64,000 nt of DNA from Chloropicon primus (GCA_023205875.1 CP060760.1:248001-312000); one strand, 5' to 3'; positions 30,573 to 42,656 are shown, numbered from the stretch's first letter. Numbers and translations: made by a program. Notes: generated by a model not told the origin, from the letters alone.

Positions 30573-32285
30573 TCAGTTGTTGTATCCCGTGGTGGTGATC
30601 GAGTCAGCCGACTGCGCGTCGGACCACAGCGTGTGGAACCACTCCGTGTCCGGCCTGTCTGTCCTCTGGTACGTGTGGGACCCGAAGAAGTCCCTCTGCG
30701 CCTGGACCAAGTTCGCGGGGAGGGAGTGCCTCCTGTACGAGTCAAAGTAGGCCAGGGAGGTGGACATTCCGGGGACGCTCACGCCGGACTGCACGGCCAT
30801 GGCGACCACTCTCCTCCAAGCCCCCTGCCTCGTGACCATGGCGTTCGCGAACGAGGGGTCCATCAGGAGGTTCTTGAGCTCCGGGTTGGTCTGGTACGCT
30901 TGCTTGATCTGGTCCAGGAAGCCGGCCCTGATGATGCACCCGCCCTTCCAGATTCTCGCGAGCTCGCCCATGGGGATGTCCCACTCCTGCTCCAGGCTCT
31001 TCGCCTTGATGATGTTCATGCCCTGGGCGTACGAGCAGATCTTCGAGGCGAAGAGAGCCTGTTTGACGTCGTTCATGAGCTGCTCCTTCTCCACGGCCTC
31101 CAAGGGCTTGGGCTCCGCGAGCCCGAGCTTCCCGTAGAACTCGCTGGCCTTGACCCTCTCGTCCTTGAGCCCGGACAGGAACCTGGCGTCCAAGGACGCC
31201 GCGATGGTCCCCCCCGCCACCGAGAGCTCGGCGGCCTGCTGGACGGTCCACTTGCCCGTCCCCTTCATCCCCGTCTTGTCGAGAATCTTGTCCACGAGGT
31301 ACTCGTCAGTCCCCTCCGGCAGCTGGTCGTCCTTCTTGGAGAAGATCGTGGCGCTGGTCTCGACCAGGAAGCTCTCCAGCTCCCCCTTGTTCCACTCCGA
31401 GAAGCAGGACTCGAGCTCCGCGTTCGTGAGCCCGCCGAGCGTCTTGAGGACGTCGTAAGCCTCCGCGATGAGCTGCATGTCCCCGTACTCGATCCCGTTG
31501 TGGACCATCTTCACGAAGTTTCCCGCCCCGCCCTTGCCGATGTACGTGACGCACGGGCCGTCGTCCACCTGGGCCGCGACCTTGGACAGCACCGGCCTCA
31601 CCCTCTCCCACACCTCCTTGTTTCCTCCCGGCATCATGCTCGGCCCGTTCCTCGCCCCCTCCTCCCCCCCGCTCACTCCCATCCCCATGTAAAGGACCCC
31701 CTTCTCCTCCAGCACCCTCCTCTGCCTCTCCTCGGTGTTCTGGTACCACTCGTTCCCGCCGTCGATGATCGCGTCCCCGGGCTCCAGGTGCTTCAGCAAC
31801 GCCTCGATCGTCGCGTCCACGGGAGCGCCGGCCTTCACCAGGAGCACCACGTTCCTCGGCCTCTGCAGGGACGCCACGAACGCCTCCAGGTCGTCGTAAC
31901 CCGTCAGCTTGTCCCCGAGCTTCTCCTTGCTCGCCCTCGTCACGCACTGCTCCGTCTTGCTGTACGATCGGTTGTACACGCTGATGGGGAACCCCTTGCT
32001 CGCCACGTTGAGCGCGAGGTTCTGACCCATCACCGCGAGGCCGCAAAGCCCGATCTCCGCCTTTCCAACCTCCGCACTTCCCATCCTCTCACTCTCTCCG
32101 CTCGCCACCGCACGACACCTCACCCTCTCCTGCTGCTTCGCCTTCGTCCTCGTCCTTCTCAACAAGGGAGAAGAAGGTTCCACCTCCGTCGCTCTGGTGC
32201 GCAATCCTCTAGGTCTGTGACTCACAAAGCTGCTGCAAACCCTGGGACTCGTCCTCGTCGTCGCCCTCGTGCCCAAAAGTCTCAT
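30573..32285 (-). CDS. gnd: 6-phosphogluconate dehydrogenase, plastid-targeted
   Basis: GLAVMGQNLALN, GMGVSGGEEGAR, KMVHNGIEYGDMQ and QAQRDFFGSHTY; transit peptide from MRLLG. Confidence 0.97.
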   Translation of the reverse strand: MRLLGTRATTRTSPRVCSSFVSHRPRGLRTRATEVEPSSPLLRRTRTKAKQQERVRCRAVASGESERMGSAEVGKAEIGLCGLAVMGQNLALNVASKGFPISVYNRSYSKTEQCVTRASKEKLGDKLTGYDDLEAFVASLQRPRNVVLLVKAGAPVDATIEALLKHLEPGDAIIDGGNEWYQNTEERQRRVLEEKGVLYMGMGVSGGEEGARNGPSMMPGGNKEVWERVRPVLSKVAAQVDDGPCVTYIGKGGAGNFVKMVHNGIEYGDMQLIAEAYDVLKTLGGLTNAELESCFSEWNKGELESFLVETSATIFSKKDDQLPEGTDEYLVDKILDKTGMKGTGKWTVQQAAELSVAGGTIAASLDARFLSGLKDERVKASEFYGKLGLAEPKPLEAVEKEQLMNDVKQALFASKICSYAQGMNIIKAKSLEQEWDIPMGELARIWKGGCIIRAGFLDQIKQAYQTNPELKNLLMDPSFANAMVTRQGAWRRVVAMAVQSGVSVPGMSTSLAYFDSYRRHSLPANLVQAQRDFFGSHTYQRTDRPDTEWFHTLWSDAQSADSITTTGYNN

Positions 32286-32791
32286 GCCCGCTCTTGCCTT
32301 CTCTCCTCTCTCTCTCGTACGACGCTTTGCCCCCTCGACTGTCACGATCGGTGCCCTTTTTTGGTTTAGATCTTTTCCAAGACATTTCCAGATATTTCCT
32401 TTAAGAATGAACGTCTCACGACGCATGAAGAGCGAGCCGTTTTGTCGACACTAGGAGTAACGTGAATTGCGAAATTCGTTGAATCAAGTTCAAATTTGAA
32501 AAACAAGAAAAAACTGAAACGGTGGGGCGCGCGCGTGAGGCACAGCGAGAGGGAGGGTTTAGGGTGAGAGCGAGCGAGGAAGGAAGGTGAACGACGGGCG
32601 GGTGGGGAAGATTTGGCGAGAGGAGGTCAAATTAGTAGAACTTTCGTGTCTTGGTCTTTCGAAAGAGCCCTCGGTCGATCGATTTGGACGAGGGGAAGCG
32701 GGGAAAGGGTCGCTCCAAACGCGTTGGGGCGCTCGGGGTTGTTCAACGTAACCGACGACGACGTAACGTGCCGCGAAAGGTGAGGTGCGCC

Positions 32792-33904
32792 ATGGCGAAG
32801 GGGACGGCGGTTGTCGCCGCCATTGCGGTGGCGTGGCTCGGTCTCCTTGCCTCGGTGGTCCACGGCAAAGGTTTCGAGGCCTTGCAGACGGCGCAGGTTC
32901 GCGGACGACTTGGGCGGGTTTCAGTGGTGGACAGCAACTCGTCGACGGTCAGGCTGGAGGTTCCGCCGGAGACCCTCTTCGTGTCCCTCGCGCCGGAAGG
33001 TCGCTCGCTCGCTCCGGACGAGGACGAGGACGCGATCGCGGAGGAGGATGACTGGGAGCAGGAGCAGGGGCCCGACGCGATCGTGGTGGAGGTGGTCCCG
33101 TTCGACTTGGGGTCCGACGAGGTGAACCATACGCAAATCGGCGCGCTGTGGAACCAAACGATTCTCATTCTCGTGGACACGGATGAGGAGGGGGAGGAAG
33201 CCCCGGAAGAGGACCCGCCGGCCGTCCCGGAGGCGGACGAGGACCAGAAGAGGAGGGAGGAGGAGGAGTTCACCCGGGTTCTCCTCCTCAGCTACACCCG
33301 GTTTCTGAGGCAGGAGCAGACCTCGAAGAGGGGGGGGTGCGAGGACGGCGTGCTGGGGGGTTTCGACGAGTCCTTCTTCCTCCGGTCGCTCCCGGGCGAG
33401 AGCTACCCCCGCGCTCGCGAGCAGACGGACAGCAGCTTTGGAATCATCGCAATCAGCGTGCTGATCATCATCCTGTACTGGTAAGTGCGCCCGGGAGCAC
33501 CCGGTTCTTGTTTCGGGCGCGCATCGTTTTCTGACGTACGTCTTGCTCTCGTCTCGTTCGTTCTTGGCTCTCTCGCGCGCGTGCGCGTGCGCAGCGTCGT
33601 CATTTTTGGGGCCCTCTACATCATCCTGCTCCTGGTCCAAAGCTTGCTGACCTTGAGGTGAGTCCGAGCGGAGAGCTTCGAGGCGTCGTGTGAACATTTT
33701 TCCTGACCCGAATTTTCCCCCCTCTTTTCGCCCAGCTGGAACGCTTGCTGCGCCTGCGACGGGGAGGAGGAGGCCCGCGACGACGGGGGGGACGAGGAGG
33801 AGCGCGCCCAACTCCTGGAGGGCGATTTCGAGGCAGCGGGGGAGGAAAGCGATGTGGAGGCGGCGCCTCCTACCTACGACAACCCTCTCGTGGCTGCCAA
33901 TTGA
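32792..33904 (+). CDS. Unknown type I membrane protein (3 exons)
   Basis: Exons 32792-33480, 33595-33657 and 33736-33904 join in frame via GT-AG. Signal peptide, acidic lumenal part, long hydrophobic segment, acidic tail. Confidence 0.7.
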
Positions 33905-34395
33905 CTTTTTTCGTGCGGTAGTATTAGCAGCAATCGATCGGTCGATCGATCCTCGTCATATCGATAGATAGAGTGCGCGCCTGCATGCGTCTGTAAACAA
34001 GCAATTCATTCTTCGGCGCCACCATCGCGGTCACTGCCTCTCACTCACTCCTCTCGATCCTGCTCCTGCTCGCCTGCTGCGCCATCGCGGGGGAAAAGGA
34101 GAAGGGCGGATGCATCGCCCCCCTCCTCCAATCCACCAGGTCTCATGCAGGCTTGCATTGATGCAGCAGTCTCGTCTCCCTCCTCCTCCTCCTCCTCCCT
34201 CTTGAATCATCACCATTCCTTGCAAGCAAGGGCTCTTTCGAAAGAGGAAGAGCTAATGGATCCATCCGAGTCTCCTCCTCTTGCCTCTGGCTCCTCCTCC
34301 TCCCCATCCCCCTCCTCCTCTCCTTCTCCCCCTCCTCCCCCTCCCCCTCCAAAGATTTCGCTGCTGCTGATGAGTTTCAGTTGAGAGCAGCGAAC

Positions 34396-34404
34396 AAACC
34401 CTAA
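34396..34404 (+). promoter_or_regulatory. Telo-box AAACCCTAA upstream of ATP synthase epsilon
   Basis: Exact plant telo-box before a probable 5' UTR intron (GTACGC at 34454). A related AGGGTTTAGGGT lies at 32554-32565. Confidence 0.5.
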
Positions 34405-34789
34405 GACTAAGAGCGGAGGCTTGGTGGCGACTGAGCAGGAGCAGGTGGTCAAGGTACGCCAGACGCGAGGTCGAGGAGGGGTCGACGAGGGACAGGGGCG
34501 GCGTCCGCGCGCCCTCGCGAGCTGCCTCAAGCCAGGAGCCGCTGGCATCTCCACCCGGTCGCGGAGAAGTCTTTCTGACGGCCGGCAGAACGCAAGGGGA
34601 GAGGCATGGGCAGCGCACCGTCGTCTCGTGAAGGAACGGATTCACTTGGCCGCCGTGGCCGTGGTCGTCTTCGATTTTCTGGAAGGTTCACGCGCGCTGA
34701 CTCGTTCTCGTTCTCGTCCTTTCGTCATCGTCGTCGTCCTTTTCGTTTCATTTCCTAGTTTCGTTTCACATTTCGTTCTCGGGAAAAGA

Positions 34790-35156
34790 ATGAGCTCAGC
34801 AGCAGCGAGCGCGTACTGGCGCGTGGCCGGCATGAGCTACCTCAAGTACGCCAACCTCTGCGCGGACATGGTCAGAGCGGCGTTGAAGGAGCCCATGAAG
34901 AGCAACGCGCTCAAGAGGGAGACCATCTTCTACAGAGGAACGAGGTGGACCGAGGGAAAGCCCGGAGAGTCAGGTAAAGTTATTGGTGTTTGGCAGAGCG
35001 ACTTGCGGGAGCCCTCCTCGCGCACGGCGCGGTCTCGCTGCTTCCCCTCACGCTCGAGAGTCGCACTGGACTGACGGCTTCGTTTTCCCCTTTCTTTCGC
35101 GCGAACCCCCTGCAGTCTTGACGGACTTCACTGAGGCAGTTGCCGGTAAAAAGTAG
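34790..35156 (+). CDS. ATP5F1E: Mitochondrial ATP synthase F1 epsilon subunit (2 exons)
   Basis: AYWRVAGMSYLKYANLCADMVRAALKEP. Exons 34790-34973 and 35116-35156. Confidence 0.92.
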
Positions 35157-35285
35157 AGGAAGTTGATCGGAAGAATTATTATTTTTTTTTCGACACGCGG
35201 TCGTGCTCGCGCCTGCCTCACCCTCTTCCGCTCCTGTCCTCTCTAGGTCTTGCTTTTTCTTGAAACCGCCACCGTTCTTCCCCCT

Positions 35286-36135
35286 TCACTCCTTCTTCCC
35301 GCCCCCGAGGCTGAGTTTGCCCGGGCCCGCAAGCAGGAAGTAGAAGAAAATTCCTGCGTACAGCGAAGACGTCTCGAAGGCGTACTGGTGCGCCTCCACC
35401 ACCCCCAAGGGGAATCCTTCGAGGCCCGTCTGATTCAAGTGGAAGTAGATGGCAAACCCCATGGTCGTCAGCAGCGCCGCTGCGCTCGGCCTTCCCAGAA
35501 CACCGAGCGCCAGCAAGACCGGGCAAGCGAGCTCGGCTGTGATTGCCCCGTACGTCCACAGGAGCGGGGCGATGGTGTCGAAGGGCAGAAAATCGAGGTA
35601 CCTGTTCGCGCGGGAAACGCGTCGTTCGGTCAGCAATAGAAGTGCAGAGAGACAGAGATAGAGATAGAGAGAGAGCTCGCAATCTCTCTCTCTCTCTCTC
35701 TCTCTGTATGTGTGTTCGCGGCAGACTTCTTACTTTTCGACGACAAAGGTCGAGAATCCCTCGGGGTCCTTGAGCTTGTCGAGGCCGTTGTGGAACATCA
35801 TGACGCCTTGCCAGAATAAGGGCAATGAGCCAGGGGGAGGGAAAGGGGGTTTATATGTAGTCGGAGCGCGTCGTCGTGTCAGTTGCGGTTTTACGGAATA
35901 CGAAAGCGCTGCCAATCGTGGTTTTTGAGGGGCGGTGCTACTTACTTGTTCCCAGGCGAAGGGACAGGATTCCGAGCTCGGCAGGCAGGTTGAACGGTTC
36001 CGAGGCTCCTTGCTGGCTCCCCCCCTCCCCCCCCGCCCTCGCAAGGCCGGCAGGTCGCCTCCCGCTCCCGACGACGACGCGGTGCGGGAGGATCCTTCTC
36101 GCCGCCCTCGTCGAGGTCGCGGGCGATGCCATCAT
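35286..36135 (-). CDS. DoxX family membrane protein, plastid-targeted (3 exons)
   Basis: Exons 36135-35946, 35806-35734 and 35601-35286. LRLG..MMFHNGLDKL, AELACPVLLALG and LAGPGKLSL. Confidence 0.85.
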
Positions 36136-36355
36136 CGTGTCGACGAGCAGGTTCACAAGAGCAAAGAAGTCCAAAATAAAAAACTTCTCTACAGTCAAGA
36201 GGGAGAGAGAGAGAGGAGAGCGAGTCAGTTAGGAGCCCATCGGTTTGTTCGTCGAATGAGGCGGTACGGTCGGGGCGAAACGGAGGACAATTGAAGAGAG
36301 AAATCGAACGTCTCTCCACCCATTTCACGCGAGCTCGGGGTCTCTCCCCACGTAA

Positions 36356-36356
<1 letters not shown>

Positions 36357-36397
<41 letters not shown>

Positions 36398-36404
36398 ACA
36401 CATT

Positions 36405-36437
<33 letters not shown>
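36357..36437. repeat. (CA)n plus (ATC)n microsatellites
   Basis: Directly visible. Confidence 0.9.
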
Positions 36438-36967
36438 GTTGTTGTCTCTGGCTCTCATGAGATCAAGGAGAAGCGTGCGCGGGTGCCTCGAAACCCCAAG
36501 CCAAGCCAAGGTGCGTCGTTGGCATCCTCCCCTCTCCCAACATCCACAACACTCCATCTCCATCTCCCTCTCTCTCAACCCTGCTTGTCGACAATCCAGC
36601 CGAAGCCAAGGGGGTAGCGAAGCCGAGGGGGTTGTGGTATCGTGCATGCGCGCATGTGTGTGTGTGTGTGGGGGGGGGGGGGAGGGGGGGAGAAGGAAAT
36701 CAAATCAAATCAAATCAAATCGAATGGAATGGAATGGGATCGGGCGTCGCGTCCGTCGCGTACCTCACCTCACCGGCGTCCCTCTCTCTCTCTCTCTCTC
36801 TTCAGGAGGACCTTATCGTATAACGTCGTGGGCGAAAAAGCAAAAGTGGATAAGGGTAGAGCCCTCAACCACAAACTGGTTTCTGAAAAGTTGCGGCGAC
36901 GAGGACGAGGACGAGGACGAGAGAGAGAGAGAGAGGCGGTGTTGTGTGAGTGATGAGGTTTGACACG

Positions 36968-37525
36968 ATGAGAGCGCGGTCCTGTGTTCCGTCTTCGAAT
37001 GGGGTGAATCTGGCCGCGGCGCAGAGGCACCGGCCGTGTCCTGTCTCGAGGTCGAGGGTCCTGGGAGGGGCCTCGCCGAGGAGGGCCACCACGACTATGG
37101 CGGCCAAGGTGTCTGGCTTCATCAAGCTCGCCATTGAGGCCGGGAAGGCATCCCCTGCGCCGCCCATTGGCCCGGCGCTCGGTTCCAAGGGAGTGAACAT
37201 CATGGCGTTCTGTAAGGAGTACAACGCGAAGACGCAGGACAAGGCGGGGACCGTGATTCCCGTGGAAATCACGGTGTACGAGGACAAGTCCTTCACGTTC
37301 ATTCTCAAGACGCCTCCTGCGTCGGTTCTGATAAAGAAGGCCGCAGGGATAAAGACGGGGAGCGGAAACCCCTCCAAGGAGAAGGTCGGGTCCATCACCA
37401 TGGCGCAGCTCAAGGAGATTGCGGAGGTGAAATTGCCCGACCTCAACTGCAGAGGAGACGTGGAGGCCGCCATGGCCATCGTGGGCGGGACCGCTTCCAA
37501 CATGGGAGTCACCATCGAGGAGTAG
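36968..37525 (+). CDS. rpl11: Plastid ribosomal protein uL11
   Basis: [38 protein letters not shown]; transit peptide. Confidence 0.95.
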   Translation: MRARSCVPSSNGVNLAAAQRHRPCPVSRSRVLGGASPRRATTTMAAKVSGFIKLAIEAGKASPAPPIGPALGSKGVNIMAFCKEYNAKTQDKAGTVIPVEITVYEDKSFTFILKTPPASVLIKKAAGIKTGSGNPSKEKVGSITMAQLKEIAEVKLPDLNCRGDVEAAMAIVGGTASNMGVTIEE

Positions 37526-37681
37526 CTACCCCACTGGCAAGGCTGAGACTTTTGACCATTGACTTTTGGTTGTAAACTATATTTTACCGTGACGACAAGC
37601 GAGAGAGACTCTCTCGAGTGGTGAGAAAAGAAAAAAAAATAGAGGGGGGACGACGGCCAGAGACTCCCGCTTCGCTCGCGC

Positions 37682-38669
37682 TCACTTCACCGTGAACTTC
37701 AAGGTGGCTATGCCGTCGATCCATCCCTCCACCTCATCTCCTGGGCTCAGGGGTCCCACGCCGTCCGGCGTGCCCATCATAATCAAGTCCCCGGGATATA
37801 GCTCCACGTACTCGGACAAGCACGCGATGGTCTCCGGGACGCTGGTGTTTGCAGAGGATCCGTCAGTCAGTGTCATGCTGCGCGCAAAGAGAGGGAGAGA
37901 GAGAGAGATAGCGGCTTTCGTTCCCCCGGAGCCAAGGGCTGGCGACTCACCTCCAAGTGTATCCGCTGAGATCGCCGCACTGCACCGTCTTTCCATTGAC
38001 TTTGAGACCGATTTCTCCCTTGAGGGGGTTCTCCACCTTTGAGCTTGGAACGAGCTCGCTCATGGGCGCGCTGAAGTCAAAGCCCTTGGACATGTCCCAG
38101 GGCCTCCCAGCCTTCTTCGCCTCCGCCTGCATGTCCCTCCTCGTCAGGTCGACCCCGACGCCGTAGCCCCAGACGTGGGACAAGGCGTCCTCCTCCCTGA
38201 TGCTCTTCCCTCTCTTCCCAATCGCAACAACCTGCTCGATCTCGTGATGCAAGTTCTCCGTCTTGGTTGGATACGGCACCACAGAGACGTTGCATGCCGC
38301 ATCACTCGGCTTGGAGAAGAAGCACGGTGGGTCCGTCTTCGGGTCTCCTCCCATCTCAATCGTGTGAGCCGCGTAATTCTTCGCCACGCAGTACACCCTC
38401 CTCACCGTGAAGCCATCCTGTTCTCCGCTTATGCCAAGGGTAGGGACCTCCACCTTGGGTGCCATGCTCGCCGTGGTTCTCACACCCAACAAGCTCCTTC
38501 CTCCTCGTGTTGATGATGACGATGGCGAGGACGTCCTCGCACGAGGTCGCGAAGAGAGACGGAGGGAGAGGGAAGGGGGAGGGGAGGCAATTCGAACACC
38601 CTTCAGCAACGATGCCGCGTCCTGCCTCCTGCAAAGCGCGCTTCCTACCTTGACGGACAACTTCCACAT
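37682..38669 (-). CDS. Fumarylacetoacetate hydrolase family protein (FAHD1/acylpyruvase-like)
   Basis: VYCVAKNYAAH, FFSKP, LHHEIE, DLTRRD, WDMSKGFD and PGDLIMMGTPDGVG. Intron 37842-37950. Confidence 0.92.
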
Positions 38670-38746
38670 CAACCAGAGACAAGAGCAAGCGACAGGGAGA
38701 GAGAGAGAGAGTGCTATTTGGAGAGAGGAGGAGGAGGAGGACCCTG

Positions 38747-39764
38747 ATGGCTGCGTCTCAGATCAAGACGGAAGGGGAGACGAGGACCCTGCTGGCGGTT
38801 GGCGATGTCCAGGTAAGGCTCACTGGAGGCACGATCCGTGGGCATCCACCTCCGCATGCCGAGGAAGGAACGAAGGAAGGAAGGAAGGAAGGATCCAAAA
38901 AATCTAGAGTGGATGAAGCAGAGGATTGTGTGATGATACTGATGTTGTTCTTGTTTCTTTTGACGATGATGGTGATGATGGTGGTGGTGGTGGTGGTGGC
39001 GCTGTGACAGCTGGAATGCATGATGTATCGAAACGCTTATGCCAGCGGGCCATCCTCGTCGGAGGAACCGCTTGCAGTGGTTGTGCTGCATCCATACTCG
39101 TGGCTCGGTGGGTGCATGTACGACCACGTCGTCCAGCACCTCTACGCAAGCTTTGCGTCGTCGGGGCAATACAACACGGTCATCGCGTACAACTCGAGGG
39201 GAGTTGGGGTAAGTGGCAGGGCGCGGTGCTTCGAGCTGCACAGAACAGGAGACTGACTTCTCGATCGGTTTGTGGTTTCCGGCTTGCTTTCGGCCTGCCG
39301 CTCGACACCAGAGGTCCAGTGGGCGGGCCACCATGTTTGGGGCCCAGAAGGAAGTTGGGGACCTTAAAGGCCTGTGCCAGATGCTGATGTCCAACCTTGT
39401 CCATCCGCCGAAGAAGGTCTTACTCGTGGGATATTCTCACGGAAGCTGCGTGGCCTGTGGGGCGAGCACGGAGCCTTACGTCGCGGGAATCTGCGCGATC
39501 TCGCCCCCCATAGGCAGCTTTGCGAGCTCGGCCCTGAGGCTCAAGGACTTGTGGAGGGTCTTCTGCCAGGCCACTACGCGAAAATTCGTGGCGCTCGGGA
39601 CTTCGGACACGTTCTGCTCGGAGAAGACGCTGCGAAAGCAGATGGATGGCGTGGAAGCTGCCGTCAAGATCTACGAGAGAGGGGACCATTTCTGGTCTCG
39701 CTCAGGATTGCTCGAGTCCTTGCAAGCTGATGTCCTGGAATGGTGCCTCGCGATCAATGCGTAA
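38747..39764 (+). CDS. Alpha/beta hydrolase (3 exons)
   Basis: Exons 38747-38812, 39011-39208 and 39312-39764. HPYSWLGG, NSRGVGRS, GYSHG nucleophile elbow, GTSD and DHFW. Confidence 0.85.
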
Positions 39765-40253
39765 CACCTCACGCTGATTGGAAGGCTGGCGAGTGGAGAC
39801 CGACAGGAAAGAAGAGGTCGGGAAGTTAAAAAACCTCTAGCGGTCGGGCAGTTTATAAAATCTACAGGAAACAAAGAGGATGATCATTCCCCTGGCCTTG
39901 ACAATCATTCCCCTGAGCCGCGATTTGACGTATGGCCCGCATTGCCATCCATCCCCTCCTCCCCCTGCGCTCCCCACTCCCTCTTCTTGATTGTGCGTGG
40001 CTTGCTCCTCGACCCAGAGGATGGAGGCCGTGGACCAAAGCGTGGATCCTTGTCCAATTTCAACGATTGGGTTGCATTGGGTCCCTCACACTCTCAGGAG
40101 CAGGTCAGACACCACCTGCATTGCCATCCATCCCCTCCCTCTGCATCTTGATCTCAATCTGGTGGGCGCTCGCTCGCTCTGCTCGGCTTTGCTCGTTTTG
40201 CGTTGGTGGCGGGGAGAGAGAGAGAGGAGAGAGAGGAGAGAGAGTGTGAGGCA

Positions 40254-40670
40254 ATGACGGAGGCCCAGTTTCAGCAGGCGGTGAACTCGCTCCAGAGGGC
40301 GGTGAACTCCGTGCAGGACGCTTTGGAGAACAAGCTTTTGCGGAAGGTTCAGAAGGATACCTTCTTGTGTTCCGCGAAATGTTGTGACACGACCTCAACG
40401 AGGCAGGACTTGCAGCAGTGCCTCTCTGCGTGCGCGCAGCCATTGATGGAGACGGAGCAGAGGGTGAAGGTTCAGTTCGAGGAGTTCCAATTGAGGCACC
40501 AGAGATGCATTCAACGGTGCCAGGACGTCGCGGTCGAGAACCTCACGCCGTCATCCAGCGAGAGGGACAGAGAACGCGCCGGGGAGAAGCTCAGGAAGTG
40601 TGCGATCGAGTGCTGCACCAGCTACGAGAAGCAGATCCCTCAGCTGCAGAAGAACATTATGAACTCCTAA
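40254..40670 (+). CDS. FAM136A: FAM136A/DUF842 protein
   Basis: LRKVQKDTFLCSAKCCD followed by repeated CxxxC helices. Confidence 0.85.
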   Translation: MTEAQFQQAVNSLQRAVNSVQDALENKLLRKVQKDTFLCSAKCCDTTSTRQDLQQCLSACAQPLMETEQRVKVQFEEFQLRHQRCIQRCQDVAVENLTPSSSERDRERAGEKLRKCAIECCTSYEKQIPQLQKNIMNS

Positions 40671-40720
40671 GGACGTTTGGAATAAAAGTACAATCTATAT
40701 AAAAACGAAAACGAATTATT

Positions 40721-42217
40721 TTACATCGCCAGGGCGGCCACGCTCCCCCTGCTGGACTCCTCCGCCTCGCTCTCCTCCAGCAGCTCCTCCAGGAGTGCCT
40801 GGGCGGAGAGCGGCGCGAGCTTCGCCCACATGTCTCTCACGCCCTCGAGGCCCTTGGCCGTGGGCTCTTCGCCCCGGTACGCGCTCGTGGCATCCCTGTA
40901 ACGCCCCGCGTTGTTGTAAGTGACTTGGAAGTCCTCGTTCTCGCTCTTTTCCTTGAGCTGGTGGAGCGCCGTTTCTATCCTGGTCAGGACGCTCCTCCTC
41001 ATCTCCCTCTCGGTCATGTTGCCCGCGACGAAGCTTTCCACGAGATCCCCAATCTCGATGGGCTCTCCGACCAGGACGTCCAAATCCGTCCCGACGCTCG
41101 GAAACTTCATCCCCTTGCCCATCAGTTCCCCCATTCCCTGGTGATAGTACGGAACGATGACGGGACTCTTGCTCGCCACGAGGGCTTCCGTGTCCTCAGC
41201 CATCGCGGCGTCGCCGCAACACCTGCCGCCCTTGAGCTCCTTGACCGTGTTCACCACAAGCTGACCGACTCCCGGCTTCATCTTGAGCATTTCTCCCGTG
41301 GTGGACCTCGTTCCTTCGGGGAACACGTGAATCCAGCCGCCTTTGCTCATCAGTTTGCTCGCCACCTTCATCGAGGTCTGGTTCAAGCCAGATCCCCTTT
41401 CCACGGGAAGCACCTGGACGGCTTTGAAAAAGGCGCTCGAAAGCTTGGACTTGAAGCACCTGTCTGTCGCGCACATCACCCACCGGACCCTGTTGCTCTC
41501 CATCGGCTTCAGGGCCTCTTCCGGGACGAGCAAACTCGTGACGAAGGGATCGTCAATCGCAGACACGTGATTGCTCACCGTGATGAGGGCTTGGCCCTCC
41601 TCCCTCCCCAAGATCGCCTTGTGCATGATCTCCCTGCCACTTATCTCGCAAGAGTTCATCATGGCACTGGACCAGAACTGACAGAACCTGCCCACCGCTT
41701 TCAGCAACACGTAACGCAGGAGAGAAGAGTCCACCTCCGTCATCGTCTTATAATCCGTGCCAGCATACGGAGACCTGAAAACTCCCGAAGCGGCTCTCTT
41801 CCCCTGACTCGAGCGGCCAGAAGAAACTTCCTCGGTTTTTTTTGACTCGGATTCCCTGCCTTGTACGAAGCATTCCTGCATTTTGACCCAAGCCTTCCGC
41901 ACAGCACTCGTCGGAGCGTACTTGGTTCCGTAACGCAAAGCCTTGCCGACCTCCGGCGAGAACAGCTGCCCATCCTGCCACTCCCCTTGGCTCCTCACCC
42001 TCTCTATCGCCTGAGCGGAGACCGAAGTCGATGCGGATGCTGTTGCTGCTGATGCTTTTGTCTTTCTTTTGGACGTCGTCGTCGTCGTTTTCTTCTTCTT
42101 GTTTTGTTGAAACTGGATGACGAGCTGCTGCTTCAGTCTGACATGCTCCCTAAGCATCTCCCTGTAGTGATTCTTCACCAAGGGAACGAGGCCAACGCTC
42201 GCTCCTCCGCCCACCAT
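40721..42217 (-). CDS. Tafazzin/NAPE-synthase-like acyltransferase
   Basis: LITVSNHVSAIDDP (HxxxxD), RWVMCATDRCF, PVERG, WIHVFPEG and KPGVG. Start is uncertain. Confidence 0.88.
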   Translation of the reverse strand: MVGGGASVGLVPLVKNHYREMLREHVRLKQQLVIQFQQNKKKKTTTTTSKRKTKASAATASASTSVSAQAIERVRSQGEWQDGQLFSPEVGKALRYGTKYAPTSAVRKAWVKMQECFVQGRESESKKTEEVSSGRSSQGKRAASGVFRSPYAGTDYKTMTEVDSSLLRYVLLKAVGRFCQFWSSAMMNSCEISGREIMHKAILGREEGQALITVSNHVSAIDDPFVTSLLVPEEALKPMESNRVRWVMCATDRCFKSKLSSAFFKAVQVLPVERGSGLNQTSMKVASKLMSKGGWIHVFPEGTRSTTGEMLKMKPGVGQLVVNTVKELKGGRCCGDAAMAEDTEALVASKSPVIVPYYHQGMGELMGKGMKFPSVGTDLDVLVGEPIEIGDLVESFVAGNMTEREMRRSVLTRIETALHQLKEKSENEDFQVTYNNAGRYRDATSAYRGEEPTAKGLEGVRDMWAKLAPLSAQALLEELLEESEAEESSRGSVAALAM

Positions 42218-42621
42218 CTCGTCCGCCCTAGGCGCCGCCCACCAACTCTGTCTGATGCTGTTGCCTCTGGGTCTCAGCACAGGTCGGTTCTGTCATCGAG
42301 GGGACCATTGCCATTGCGAGGAGGGGAAGGACGAAGCGGGACTTGGCTAGGCTTCTGTGATCCACACGAGAGGGTTAAGACATACTCGCCTTTGCTTCCA
42401 CTTCACACGGAAATTGTCTTGTGGAGCAATCGCGAGGCTTGTGTGACTTGATTTGGAGACCAGCAGGAGAGAAGTTCGGATCCATCGAGGGCGTTGTGCG
42501 AGGAAGGGATCGACGGAGCAGGGTTTGGGACTGCACTCAGCAGCGATCCGGTTGTTCATCGGTGGGGCTCTGCTTTGCTCTCGAGTCCCGTCAAAGCCAA
42601 GACAGGAGGCTCTACCCCCCA

Positions 42622-42656
<35 letters not shown>

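Noticed and set aside
34031..34645. Short ORFs upstream of ATP synthase epsilon
   Set aside because: They derive from low-complexity sequence, and part is better explained as 5' UTR with an intron.
39878..39917. ATCATTCCCCTG direct repeat, two copies
   Set aside because: Only two short copies; not a CRISPR array, and too short for a C/D snoRNA.
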